A DNA stretch of 64,000 bases from positions 542,024-606,023 of the forward strand of contig CAVPIF010000003.1 of NCBI GenBank assembly GCA_963704935.1, read 5' to 3'. The notes under the pieces were generated by a model. The model did no database searches, was not told the origin of the DNA, and saw only the letters and a list, made by a program, of their open reading frames with translations. This DNA comes from an uncultured Chloroflexia bacterium. Lineage in GTDB: Bacteria; Chloroflexota; Limnocylindria; Limnocylindrales; CSP1-4. Positions within the stretch are counted from its first letter, which is position 1; the number at the start of each line of letters is the position of its first letter. Made by a program: the position numbers and the translations under genes. Shown here one piece after another: positions 48,642 to 58,198 of the stretch.

Positions 48642-49928
48642 TCAAGTACTCCGTTCCACAAGACCGCGGTCGCGCGGCACCAGCAGCAGGCCCGCCGCAC
48701 CGATCGCCAGGGCTACGGCCACCAGGGCCATCCCCTGCCCGACATCGCCCGAGCGCTCCCACAGCTGCGCTGCGCCCGTCGCGCCGAGCACGATGCCGAG
48801 ATTCGCCACGGAGGCGATCGTCGCGAACGTGCGCGTACGTCGACCCCCGTCCGTGGCATTCGCGAGCAGGGCGAACCAGGAGGCCTCGAGGCCGGTCAGC
48901 CCGGCACCGGCCAGGATCGTCGCCGGATAGATCAGGAACCTGGGCGCCTCGGCGACGAACGCGACCGGGAACAGGATGATCAGCCCGCACGACAGGATGG
49001 CCACATCGCGCCGCCCGCGCCGGTCCGCGAGCCTCCCGAGCCACGGCCCGACGAGGATGGTCCCGAGCGCGAACAGCGCGTATACGAAGCCGATCTCGGC
49101 GGTCGACCAGGCGAGTCGAGCGGCCGCGAACGGCGCGTAGGTCGTGATGAATGCCCCGAACCCCGCCTGGAAGGCGAGCTGCACGATGAACAGCGACCCG
49201 AGCACGCGGGTGGCCGAGACGGGCGCCACGTCGGCATCAGGGGTCGGCTCCGGGGCTGATCGGAGTCCGGCGGGTGTCTGGTCATCACCGGCAGCGGCCC
49301 CCCGGGCCGCAGCGGCCCCCGGGCGAAGCCTGGTGGTCGCCGCGGCGCGCGGCAGGAACAGCGCCCCGATCCCACCCACGAGGCTTGTCGCCGCGACGAC
49401 CAGGAAGGGCAGCCGGACATCGGCGACGGCCGCGAGGAGCCCACCGATCACGGGCCCGAGGACGCCGCCCGCGGCCCCCGCCGATGACACGATCGCGTTG
49501 GCGGCCGCCAGTCGCGCCCGATCGACGACCGACGCCAGGTACAGGCGCTCGCCCGTCGCCGAGATGCCGCCACCCACGCCGGCGAACGTCCGGAACGCCA
49601 CCAGCGGCAGCGCCGACGCGGCCGTCGCGATGAGCAGGTTCGCGGCCGCGTACAGGCCGATCCCGCCCGCCACGAGGCGACGCGGCTGGAGCCGTTCCGC
49701 GAGGAACCCCGTGGCCAGGCCCCCGACGGCGTTGGCGATCGCGAACGAGCTCGTGAGGAGACCCAGGACGAACGGCGTCGCCCCCAGGGACACGGCATAG
49801 AGGGGCAGGAGCGGCAGCATCACCGACACGCCGACCTGGATGACGAACGAGATCCCGGCCAGCAGGACGAGCGGTCGCTCGAACGCCCGGACCCGAGCGC
49901 CGACTCGCCCGAGGTCGACGCGCGGCAT
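48642..49928 (-). CDS. MFS transporter
   Basis: 428 aa, 12 TM, Ala-rich central loop. Confidence 0.75.
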   Translation of the reverse strand: MPRVDLGRVGARVRAFERPLVLLAGISFVIQVGVSVMLPLLPLYAVSLGATPFVLGLLTSSFAIANAVGGLATGFLAERLQPRRLVAGGIGLYAAANLLIATAASALPLVAFRTFAGVGGGISATGERLYLASVVDRARLAAANAIVSSAGAAGGVLGPVIGGLLAAVADVRLPFLVVAATSLVGGIGALFLPRAAATTRLRPGAAAARGAAAGDDQTPAGLRSAPEPTPDADVAPVSATRVLGSLFIVQLAFQAGFGAFITTYAPFAAARLAWSTAEIGFVYALFALGTILVGPWLGRLADRRGRRDVAILSCGLIILFPVAFVAEAPRFLIYPATILAGAGLTGLEASWFALLANATDGGRRTRTFATIASVANLGIVLGATGAAQLWERSGDVGQGMALVAVALAIGAAGLLLVPRDRGLVERST

Positions 49929-49931
49929 GGC

Positions 49932-50810
49932 TCAGTCGCCCAGGGCCAGGAGCAGCGCCCCGGCGAGGATCGCCACCGACGCCCCGATCCGCCGACCGGA
50001 ATCCCGCCGTCCGACCGCCTCCCCCAGGCGGACAGAGCCCCACGCGGCCGCGAAGACCGTGGCCAATTCCCGCAGCGGGGCCACCCCGGACAGCGGAGCG
50101 ACGCTGAGGGCGACCAGGATGAGCAGGTAGGCCAGCAGCGACAGCCATCCGACCACCGCCGACCGGCGCACCTCGCCGACACTGCCGGCGAGGATCGCGC
50201 CACCGGCCGCGAAGCGGACCCACGCGGCGAGCACGAGGGCGCTGGTCGCCCACAGGATCGCCGCGTACGGGATCGGCTCGATCAGTCGCGTGCCGACGCG
50301 ATCGATGGCGGTGTAGGTCGCGATGGTCACCCCGGTGGCGAGCGCGAAAGCGATCGACGGGTCCAGCCCGCGGTGGCCGCGAAGGGCGCGCCACGGTCGT
50401 TGGAGGAGCAGGAATCCGGTCAGCAGCAGCACGACCCCGACCGAACCGCCAGCGCCGAGGCGCTCCCCGAGGATCACGACCCCGATGACCACGGCCAGGA
50501 GCGGTGCCGTCCCGCGGGCGATCGGATACACCACCGACAGGTCTCCCCGTCGATAGGCCGCGGACAGCAGGATGAAGTAGGCGGCTTCGACGGTCCCGGA
50601 GGTGATCCCGAGCACGACCCCGAGGACCGGGATGGCCGGGCTCCCGGCGATCCACCAGGCGACGACGCCGGCCGGGACGATCCCGAGCGCCGCGGCGATG
50701 TTCCCGATGGTCGCTGCCCGGAGCGGGTCGCCGGCAGTCTTGAGCCGGACGTTCCAGGCAACATGGAGGACGGCGCTGACAGCCACAAGGGCGATGACGA
50801 AGGGCTCCAC
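49932..50810 (-). CDS. EamA/DMT-family membrane protein
   Basis: 292 aa, about 10 TM helices. Confidence 0.6.
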   Translation of the reverse strand: MEPFVIALVAVSAVLHVAWNVRLKTAGDPLRAATIGNIAAALGIVPAGVVAWWIAGSPAIPVLGVVLGITSGTVEAAYFILLSAAYRRGDLSVVYPIARGTAPLLAVVIGVVILGERLGAGGSVGVVLLLTGFLLLQRPWRALRGHRGLDPSIAFALATGVTIATYTAIDRVGTRLIEPIPYAAILWATSALVLAAWVRFAAGGAILAGSVGEVRRSAVVGWLSLLAYLLILVALSVAPLSGVAPLRELATVFAAAWGSVRLGEAVGRRDSGRRIGASVAILAGALLLALGD

Positions 50811-50849
50811 CCCGGGGACGTTACCCGATGACGACCACCGTCGGAGCGG

Positions 50850-51359
50850 TCAGGCGGAGGCGGTCTGCCGCCGCTCGGCGCGCTCCTTGAGAGCGCGCAG
50901 GTGAGCCTCCACCCGCGCGGCCAGCGAATGCCGGCCAAGCCGGACGAGGACCCCCGCCCAGCGGTCGGAGGGTTCGAGCGTGGCAGCGTGGATCACCCGC
51001 GTCCCGCCCGCGACCGGTTCCATCCGCCAGGTCCACTCGCTGTCGAACCCGGACGCGGCGATCCGCAGGCGGAACAGGGACTCCGGCCTCGCGACGAGGC
51101 TCTCGACCTGCGCCGACTCGCGCAGCAGCCCGACCCGTGCCTGTGCCGTGCGGGTCGTCGCCGCGGCGGGCCACGACGGGCCGGCCGGGCCCAGCCGGAG
51201 GTCGGGGAAGAGCACTGACGTGGCGGCCGGGTCGTGGAGCGTGGTCCACACCTCGCGCGGCGATGCCTGGATGAACACGCGACGCTCGACCTCGCGGGCG
51301 GCTCGCAGGTGGTCGCCCGGACGCCGGAACCCGACCTCGGGATCGGGACGTACGGCCAT
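50850..51359 (-). CDS. SRPBCC-family protein
   Basis: 169 aa with a START/Bet v1-like pattern. Its start shares 1 nt with the upstream ALDH-like stop. Confidence 0.55.
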   Translation of the reverse strand: MAVRPDPEVGFRRPGDHLRAAREVERRVFIQASPREVWTTLHDPAATSVLFPDLRLGPAGPSWPAAATTRTAQARVGLLRESAQVESLVARPESLFRLRIAASGFDSEWTWRMEPVAGGTRVIHAATLEPSDRWAGVLVRLGRHSLAARVEAHLRALKERAERRQTASA

Positions 51360-52294
51360 CAGAGGCCGATCGGATGCCAGACCGTCTTCATCTCGAGGAA
51401 GGCGGCGATCCATTCGGGGCGTTCGCTGGCGCGGTCGTCCAACCAGTCGAAGCGATGCTCGGCGACGGTCGTCGGACGGCGCGAGATACGCTTGATGTCG
51501 TCCGCCGCGAGGAGCTCCGTCTCGAGGCGCATCGCGTCGGGGACGCCCCAGGTGTCGATGGCGTCCACGTCCACGTGGCCTGCCATGACGGGGACCAGCT
51601 CCGACTTGGAACCGGTGAGGATGTTGACGACGCCGCCCGGAACGTCCGAGGTCGCGAGCACCTCGCCCAGGGTCACGGCTGGGAGGGGTCGTGTCTCCGA
51701 CGTGATGAGCACCACGGCGTTGCCGCTGACGAGCGGCGGCGCCAGCCTCGAGACGAGCCCGAGCAGCGACGACGTCTCCGGCGCGACCACGCCGACCACG
51801 CCGGTCGGCTCGGGGATGGTGAAGTTGAAGTACGGCGCCGCAACAGGGTTGGACGAGCCGAGGATCTGGGCGATCTTGTCCGCCCAACCGGCGTACCAGA
51901 CCCAGCGGTCGATCGCGCGGTCGACGACCTCGCGCGCCCTGGCATCGCGCAGCCCCTCCGCCGCGGCGACCTCGGCGATGAACTGGTCGCGTCGGCCCTC
52001 CATCAGCTCCGCCACCCGATAGAGCACCTGGCCGCGATTCATCGCCGTCTTGGCGGCCCAGCCGGATTGCGCCTTGCGAGCAGCCCGGACGGCGTCCCGG
52101 AGGTCCTTGCGGGACGCGCGGCAGGCATTGGCCAGGGGCGTGCCATCGGAACCGCGAACCAGGTACGAGCGGCCGCTTTCCGTCCGCGGGAACGCCCCAC
52201 CGATGTACAGCTTGTAGGTCTTGCGCACTTCGATCCGTTCCGTGCGATCGGCCACGTCAGCGGTCCTCGAGGCGGACGTAGGCGTGCAGTCCAT
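51359..52294 (-). CDS. aldehyde-dehydrogenase-family paralogue, truncated and catalytically degenerate
   Basis: Aligns to the N-terminal two-thirds of the adjacent ALDH (KLYIGGAF, VVGVVAPETS, NAVVLITSE, GGVVNILTGS) but lacks the ELGGK Glu and the catalytic Cys region. A GTG start at 52255 would avoid overlap. Confidence 0.6.
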   Translation of the reverse strand: MDCTPTSASRTADVADRTERIEVRKTYKLYIGGAFPRTESGRSYLVRGSDGTPLANACRASRKDLRDAVRAARKAQSGWAAKTAMNRGQVLYRVAELMEGRRDQFIAEVAAAEGLRDARAREVVDRAIDRWVWYAGWADKIAQILGSSNPVAAPYFNFTIPEPTGVVGVVAPETSSLLGLVSRLAPPLVSGNAVVLITSETRPLPAVTLGEVLATSDVPGGVVNILTGSKSELVPVMAGHVDVDAIDTWGVPDAMRLETELLAADDIKRISRRPTTVAEHRFDWLDDRASERPEWIAAFLEMKTVWHPIGL

Positions 52295-53789
52295 GCATCC
52301 CGCCCTCGCGCCCGAAGCCCGATTCCTTGTACCCCCCGAACGGAGACGCCGGGTCGAACCGGTTGAACGTGTTGGCCCAGACGACGCCGGCCTTCATCCG
52401 GCTCACCATCTCGAGGATCCGCGAGCCCTTGTCCGTCCAGATACCGGCGGACAGGCCGTACTCGGTGTTGTTGGCTTTCTCGACCGCCTCCTCCGGCGTC
52501 CGGAACGTCAGGACGGACAGGACCGGCCCGAAGATCTCCTCACGGGCGATCCGGTGACTCTGGGCGACGTTGGTGAACAGCGTGGGTCGGAAGAAGTAGC
52601 CCCGTTCGGGCAGGTCACAGGCCGGCTGGTAGAAGTCGGCACCCTCGTCGACGCCGCTCTGCACGAGCTCGGTGATCTTCTCGAGCTGGCTCTTCGAGTT
52701 GATCGCGCCGACGTCCGTGTTCTTGTCCAGCGGGTCGCCGACGCGGATGGTCGCCAGGCGATCCTTGAGCTTGTCGATGAGCGGCCCGGCGATCGACTCC
52801 TGGACGAGCAGCCGGGATCCGGCGCAGCAGACCTCGCCCTGGTTGAAGTAGATGCCGTTGACGATGCCCTCGATGGCCTGGTCCAGCGGCGCGTCGTCGA
52901 ACACGATGTTGGCCGCCTTCCCGCCGAGCTCCAGGGTCAGCGCCTTGTCCGAGCCGGCCACGCCGCGGTAGATCTTTCGACCGACCTCCGTCGACCCGGT
53001 GAACGCGACCTTGTCGATGCCCTTGTGGGTCACCATGGCCATCCCGATCTCTCCCGGACCGGTGACGATGTTGACCGTCCCGGGCGGCAGGTCCGCCTGG
53101 ACGCAGACGTCGGCGAAGAGCAGGGCGGAGAGCGGCGTGGTGGAGGCAGGCTTGAGGACCACCGTGTTGCCGGCCGCCAGGGCCGGCGCGATCTTCCAGG
53201 CGAGCATCAGGAGCGGGAAGTTCCACGGGATGATCTGCGCGGCGACGCCGAGCGGCCTGGCGATCCGACCGGGGAATGCATAGTCCAGCTTGTCCGCCCA
53301 GCCCGCGTAGTACCAGAAATGGCTTGCCGCGAGCGGGATATCGACATCCCGGGATTCCTTGATCGGCTTGCCGGAATCCATCGACTCGAGGACGGCGAAC
53401 TCGCGCGAGCGCTCCTGGAGGATCCGGCTGATCCGGAACAGGTACTTGGCGCGCTCCTTGCCGCTGAGCCGGCCCCAGGACCGGTTCTGCGCGCGGCGGG
53501 CGGCCCGAACGGCCTTGTCCACATCGACGACGGTCGCGCGGGCGACGTCGGCGAGCGGCTGCTCCGTGGCCGGGTCCACGGAGGTGAACGTCCCGCCGCC
53601 CGTCGCGGCGACTTCACGGCCGTTGATGAACAGGCCGTAGCGCTCCTTGAGCGTGACGATGTCGCGTGCCTCCGGCGCCGGCGAGTACTCCCACGGGATC
53701 GCCTGGCCATCGCCCAGTCCCCAGCTGTTGGGGGCCGACGGGCTCGCCGGGGCGACCTGAGACTCGGAGCGCGTGGCCATGTCGGCCAT
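52257..53789 (-). CDS. NAD(P)-dependent aldehyde dehydrogenase
   Basis: IIPWNFPL, VVLKPAS, ELGGKAANIV, FNQGEVCCAGSR with the catalytic Cys, and EEIFGPV. Confidence 0.85.
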   Translation of the reverse strand: MADMATRSESQVAPASPSAPNSWGLGDGQAIPWEYSPAPEARDIVTLKERYGLFINGREVAATGGGTFTSVDPATEQPLADVARATVVDVDKAVRAARRAQNRSWGRLSGKERAKYLFRISRILQERSREFAVLESMDSGKPIKESRDVDIPLAASHFWYYAGWADKLDYAFPGRIARPLGVAAQIIPWNFPLLMLAWKIAPALAAGNTVVLKPASTTPLSALLFADVCVQADLPPGTVNIVTGPGEIGMAMVTHKGIDKVAFTGSTEVGRKIYRGVAGSDKALTLELGGKAANIVFDDAPLDQAIEGIVNGIYFNQGEVCCAGSRLLVQESIAGPLIDKLKDRLATIRVGDPLDKNTDVGAINSKSQLEKITELVQSGVDEGADFYQPACDLPERGYFFRPTLFTNVAQSHRIAREEIFGPVLSVLTFRTPEEAVEKANNTEYGLSAGIWTDKGSRILEMVSRMKAGVVWANTFNRFDPASPFGGYKESGFGREGGMHGLHAYVRLEDR

Positions 53790-55780
53790 TATGGCACCGG
53801 GTCCACGCCGCCCTTGCGGCCGCCGGTCGAACGCCGGTCGCCGGGCGAGGCGACCCCGGCGACGGTACGGTCCCGACCCGCGCGCTTGGCTTCGTACAGC
53901 GCGGCATCCATCCGCGAGAACAGCGCGTCCACGGCCTCGTCCCCGTCCCACGTGGCCGTCCCGGCAGATGCGGTCTCGGAGTCCGGGACGACCGCCCGCA
54001 ACCGATCGGCGACCGCGACCACCGCGTTGCCGTCGCAGGCAGGCAGCAGCGCCACGAATTCTTCGCCGCCATAGCGCGCCAGGGTGTCCCCCAGGCGCAA
54101 CTCGCGCCGCCAGGCACCGACGGCACGACGGAGCAGGTCGTCTCCGGCAAGGTGCCCGTGTCGGTCGTTGTAGCGCTTGAAGTGATCGAGGTCCAGCATC
54201 GCGACCGACAATGGCCGGCCGCTGCGCTTGGCGTCCGCGAACGCGATCTGGAGAGCATCGTCCAGGGCGCGCCGATTCGCGGCGCCGGTCAGCGAATCGG
54301 TCCGGGCCAGGACTTCCAGGCGGGCCAACATGTCCGAGCGTTCAAGGACGACCGCGGCCTGGGCCGCGAACAAGCCGAGCAAGGTCGCCGTGCGCTCGGG
54401 CAGGGCCTCCTGCGGCGAACGCCAGTAGGCGATCAACACACCGACCGTTTGGTCCTCACTCGTGACAGGTTGCCAGAAGGCGGCGCGGGCCCTGACGCGC
54501 TGGACGATCAACGGGTCCACCCTCGGGTCGGACAGGAGATCGCCCGAGAAGACCGGGACGCCCGTCGCCACGACCTGCCCCGCGATGGACTGGTGCGGGT
54601 CCAGGATCACGTCGGTCGGCACGTTCGGGTCGCCAGAGGACCCTGCGACGATCAGGCCCTTGCCATCCGGGTCGGTGACGAAGAACAGCACGAAGTCGGC
54701 GCTACTCAGGTCGCGCGCCGCGGCGCAGATGGCCGTCCGCGAGTCACCGGCGCGGTCGCCCAGCTCACGTGCCACCTCCAGCAGGCGCTCGAGGTCGCCG
54801 AGATGCTCCTGTGCACCGTGTTCCGCAGCCCGACGCGTCGTCGCGTCACGGACGAACGTATGCAGGCGGCGACCGGTCGGCCCATCGGTCTGGGCCATCG
54901 TGATCTCCACCGGGACAAGCGTGCCGTCCGCTCGTCGAAGGTCTGCGTCGAAGCGGGTCTCGCGGCCGGACGGCTCCCCTGCCTGCAACAGCCGACCCAG
55001 GCCCTGGCGCAGTCGCTCGGACTCGTGCTCGGGCACCAGGGTCTCGAACACGTTCCTTCCCAGGAGGTCCGTCCGCCCGAACAGGGCGGCGGCGGCGGCG
55101 TTGGCCGCGACGATCGTTCCCCGCTGGTCGAGCGACAGTACGGCGTCCGAGGCGGCCTCGATCATCGCGGCCGTCACGTCCCGCTGCTCCGCGAGCGCAC
55201 GGCCACGCTGTCGCGCCCGCACGGATTGGGCCCGCTCGTCCTGGACGAGGCGCTGGACGATCACACCCAGGGCCGTCGCGACGATCAACAGGATGACGAG
55301 GCGCCGCCATTCCTCGAAGGGGTAGACCGGTTCGCCGACCAGGATGATCGGTACGAGCATCGCGACCGCGAGAGCGCCCACGGCGACACCCACTTGTCGC
55401 CGGGTGCCGAACAGGGCAAACCAGAGCACGGGCATGAGGAACAACGGGGAGTAGCCGGATTCGCTGCCTCCTGTCGCGTGGCGGAGCGCGCCGGCCGCCA
55501 GGAAGTAAAGGAGGGGTGGCGCCGCGTCAGCCCATGACGGCAGCCGCGGCCACGGCAGCGCGATGGCGAGCACGACGGTCAGCCCACTGAGCGCGGCTCC
55601 GACGGACAGCCAGGCCACATCGGGCCGGTCACGCTCCAGGAACGCCACCGCTACGGCGGCCACGGCGGCCAGCACGAACAGCGCGGAGCGTCCGCCGAGT
55701 CCGTCGCGGTCGAAGGCCCGTCGGCCGGGACCTGGCGACGTCATCGCAGTCGCCGGTGTCCTGGTGGGCTCGTCCGACAT
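53789..55780 (-). CDS. membrane-anchored sensor diguanylate cyclase (TM-PAS-GAF-GGDEF)
   Basis: Five or six N-terminal TM helices, PAS (AVLSLDQRGTIVAAN), GAF, and a GGDEF domain with an intact RYGGEEF active site. Confidence 0.85.
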   Translation of the reverse strand: MSDEPTRTPATAMTSPGPGRRAFDRDGLGGRSALFVLAAVAAVAVAFLERDRPDVAWLSVGAALSGLTVVLAIALPWPRLPSWADAAPPLLYFLAAGALRHATGGSESGYSPLFLMPVLWFALFGTRRQVGVAVGALAVAMLVPIILVGEPVYPFEEWRRLVILLIVATALGVIVQRLVQDERAQSVRARQRGRALAEQRDVTAAMIEAASDAVLSLDQRGTIVAANAAAAALFGRTDLLGRNVFETLVPEHESERLRQGLGRLLQAGEPSGRETRFDADLRRADGTLVPVEITMAQTDGPTGRRLHTFVRDATTRRAAEHGAQEHLGDLERLLEVARELGDRAGDSRTAICAAARDLSSADFVLFFVTDPDGKGLIVAGSSGDPNVPTDVILDPHQSIAGQVVATGVPVFSGDLLSDPRVDPLIVQRVRARAAFWQPVTSEDQTVGVLIAYWRSPQEALPERTATLLGLFAAQAAVVLERSDMLARLEVLARTDSLTGAANRRALDDALQIAFADAKRSGRPLSVAMLDLDHFKRYNDRHGHLAGDDLLRRAVGAWRRELRLGDTLARYGGEEFVALLPACDGNAVVAVADRLRAVVPDSETASAGTATWDGDEAVDALFSRMDAALYEAKRAGRDRTVAGVASPGDRRSTGGRKGGVDPVP

Positions 55781-55781
55781 C

Positions 55782-56795
55782 TCAGCAGTCGTACGCCTTG
55801 ACCGGGTGGACCCGCTCGCAGTAGCGGATGTGGAGGTGGTCGTCGTGACCCTTGTACCACGTCGTCAGACCCTCGGCGACCAGGACCGGGTCGTTGAAGT
55901 AGATCAGCTTCACGTGGCTCCGCGCCGTGGCCCGGATCGCCTTGACCAGGTCTCGCGTGGCAGCGCGGTCATAGGTCGACCAGCGCCAGTTCACCCCCCA
56001 CCGGCACTGGTCGTTCGCCCGGCGCATGGGTCGGATGTCGACGTCCATCCCCTGCTCGTGGGTCTGGTGGCCCGCGATGTTCCCGCCATGCTCATGTCCG
56101 ATGTCCCCGAGCGCGATCCGGCCGTGGCCCTGGCCGACGACGACGTGCGCCGCGGCCTGGAGCTGGCCGATCGACGAAGCCGTGCCCCAGTTGGCGCGAC
56201 CGTTACCGACGCTGTAGTCGCACAACGTCTTTCCCCACACCGGCAACTCCAGGTGGGACAGCAAGCCGCCCCAGGTGACCGGCCCGACGATCCCGGTCGT
56301 CGAGATCCCGGCATGGGCCTGGAACTTGACGACGGCGGCTTTCGTGGCTGCGTCGTAGACACCCGTCAGCAGGAGGCCGGCCGACCGCTTCTCGTTGAGG
56401 AGCCGCTGCGCCGCCATGACGGCCTCGCCGCTGGAACCTGGCGACACGGTGACGAGGAGGGCGGCCCACGTCTTCGCATCCACCTGGCCGGTCCCGGGGA
56501 TCCCGTTCGCCCACTGGAAGGTCCGGACCGCGAGGACGGTCGCGTTGTCGTACAGCGTGGCCACCGGGAGCGTCGCCCCGTGCTGCCGGAGCAGGTGGTG
56601 GAGCGCCTTCACGTTGACGCCCTGGTTGCCGTGGCTCGTGTGCGGATAGCCCGCTGGCAGGGCCGCGGCCGGGCCGGCGAACGCCGCCACGAGCAGGAGA
56701 GCGGCCAGGATCGGGACGACGACGCGCGTGATGGGGCGGGCGTGACGCGACCCAGTGCCGGGCAGGTTCGCGTAGCGTGCGGTGACATCAGGCAT
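55782..56795 (-). CDS. secreted M15/LAS-family zinc peptidase (VanY-like D,D-carboxy/endopeptidase) with two peptidoglycan-binding domains
   Basis: Signal peptide. Two PG_binding_1 repeats (TLYDNATVLAVRTFQWANGIPGTGQVD and GVYDAATKAAVVKFQAHAGISTTGIVG). THEQGMDVD matches SxHxxGxAxD, and HDDHLH gives the HxH motif. Confidence 0.65.
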   Translation of the reverse strand: MPDVTARYANLPGTGSRHARPITRVVVPILAALLLVAAFAGPAAALPAGYPHTSHGNQGVNVKALHHLLRQHGATLPVATLYDNATVLAVRTFQWANGIPGTGQVDAKTWAALLVTVSPGSSGEAVMAAQRLLNEKRSAGLLLTGVYDAATKAAVVKFQAHAGISTTGIVGPVTWGGLLSHLELPVWGKTLCDYSVGNGRANWGTASSIGQLQAAAHVVVGQGHGRIALGDIGHEHGGNIAGHQTHEQGMDVDIRPMRRANDQCRWGVNWRWSTYDRAATRDLVKAIRATARSHVKLIYFNDPVLVAEGLTTWYKGHDDHLHIRYCERVHPVKAYDC

Positions 56796-56805
56796 GCCGG
56801 GTAGC

Positions 56806-57780
56806 CTAGCCGCCCACGTCCCACGCCGCCAGTTCCGCGGCCGTCGGCGGTTCGGCTCCGGCGCGCGTGCACGTGAAGCTCGCGACCCTGGCCGCGTGGC
56901 GGGTGGCCGCCATGATGGCATCGTCGGACTCGACCTCCGCACGACCGCGACCCGAGCCGATCCAGGCGGCGAGGAACGCCCCGCCGAAGGCGTCGCCGGC
57001 GCCGACGGTGTCGACGACGCGGACCCGGGGCGGCGTGATCTCGATGGCACCGCGCGGCGTGATCGCGCGGACGGCATCGGCCCCGTCGGTCAACACGATG
57101 ATCGGCGGCCCGGCGTCGAGCAGGCTCGCGACCGCGTCGTGCGGGGTCAGGTCCGGCCGGAGGTAGGCGAGGTCCTCGCCGCTGACCTTCACCACGTCGG
57201 CGCGCCGCAGCAGGCGATCCACCCGCTCGACGTACCCCTCACGGTCGGTCGTGGCCGTCGGCCGGCAGTTGGGATCAACCATCACGATCGCGTCCTCGGG
57301 CGCACCCGCCACGAGTTCCTCCATCGCCTCGGCCAGCGGCTCCAGCACGAGCCCGAGCGTGCCGACGTGGATGGCAGAGACGATCCGGTCGTCGACGGAC
57401 GACATGACTTCGGGGCCAAGCGCCGTGGCCGAAGTCCGCTCCGTGTAGAAGCGGTACGTCGCGACGCCGGCCGCATCGAGCTCAGCGACCGCGAGGGTGG
57501 TCGGTGCGTCGGTGGTCCGTGCGAGGCCGACATCGACCCCATCCCGCACGAGGCCATCGTGCAGCCGCCGTCCGAATCGATCCGTGGACAGGCCGCCGAC
57601 GAACGCGACCGACAGTCCCAGCCGACCGATGGTCCGGGCAGTGTTGTACGGCCCTCCTCCGGGGTTCGCGGTCAGCGTCCCATCCGCGTGGAGGATGAGA
57701 TCGATGAGGGCTTCGCCGCCGACGATGATCACGGCTGCATCGTAGCCGCCACGGGCTTGGTAGCCTTGCCGCGTGAGCAC
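56806..57780 (-). CDS. PfkB-family carbohydrate kinase
   Basis: DTVGAGDAFGGAF anion-hole motif and an N-terminal GG sugar-binding region. Confidence 0.8.
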   Translation of the reverse strand: MLTRQGYQARGGYDAAVIIVGGEALIDLILHADGTLTANPGGGPYNTARTIGRLGLSVAFVGGLSTDRFGRRLHDGLVRDGVDVGLARTTDAPTTLAVAELDAAGVATYRFYTERTSATALGPEVMSSVDDRIVSAIHVGTLGLVLEPLAEAMEELVAGAPEDAIVMVDPNCRPTATTDREGYVERVDRLLRRADVVKVSGEDLAYLRPDLTPHDAVASLLDAGPPIIVLTDGADAVRAITPRGAIEITPPRVRVVDTVGAGDAFGGAFLAAWIGSGRGRAEVESDDAIMAATRHAARVASFTCTRAGAEPPTAAELAAWDVGG

Positions 57781-58198
57781 CGACCGGGTCCGGGTCGCCG
57801 CGTACGCCCTGTGCCGCGATGATGACGGCAGGATCCTGCTGTGCCATATCGCGCCGTCGGTCGGTGCGGGCGACCTCTGGACGTTGCCCGGCGGCGGTCT
57901 CGATTTCGGTGAGCCACCCGCGGCGGCGGTGATCCGCGAACTGGCCGAGGAGACGGGCTATCTCGGCGAGATCGATCGACTGCTCGACGTCACGGACCGA
58001 CTGTTCGTCGATGCCGACTCCGGCGAGCGACTCCACGCCATCCGGGTCGTCTATGCCGTCCGGGTCACCGCGGGAGAACTGCGCGACGAACCGGACGGCT
58101 CAACCGACACGTGCCGCTGGCTCACGCTCGAGGAGGCCCGTGGCCGGCACCTCGGCGAGCTGGCCCGTCGGGAGATCGCTCGGCTGGAGGACGGCTGA
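57773..58198 (+). CDS. NUDIX hydrolase
   Basis: Nudix box GGGLDFGEPPAAAVIRELAEETG. Confidence 0.75.
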   Translation: MSTDRVRVAAYALCRDDDGRILLCHIAPSVGAGDLWTLPGGGLDFGEPPAAAVIRELAEETGYLGEIDRLLDVTDRLFVDADSGERLHAIRVVYAVRVTAGELRDEPDGSTDTCRWLTLEEARGRHLGELARREIARLEDG

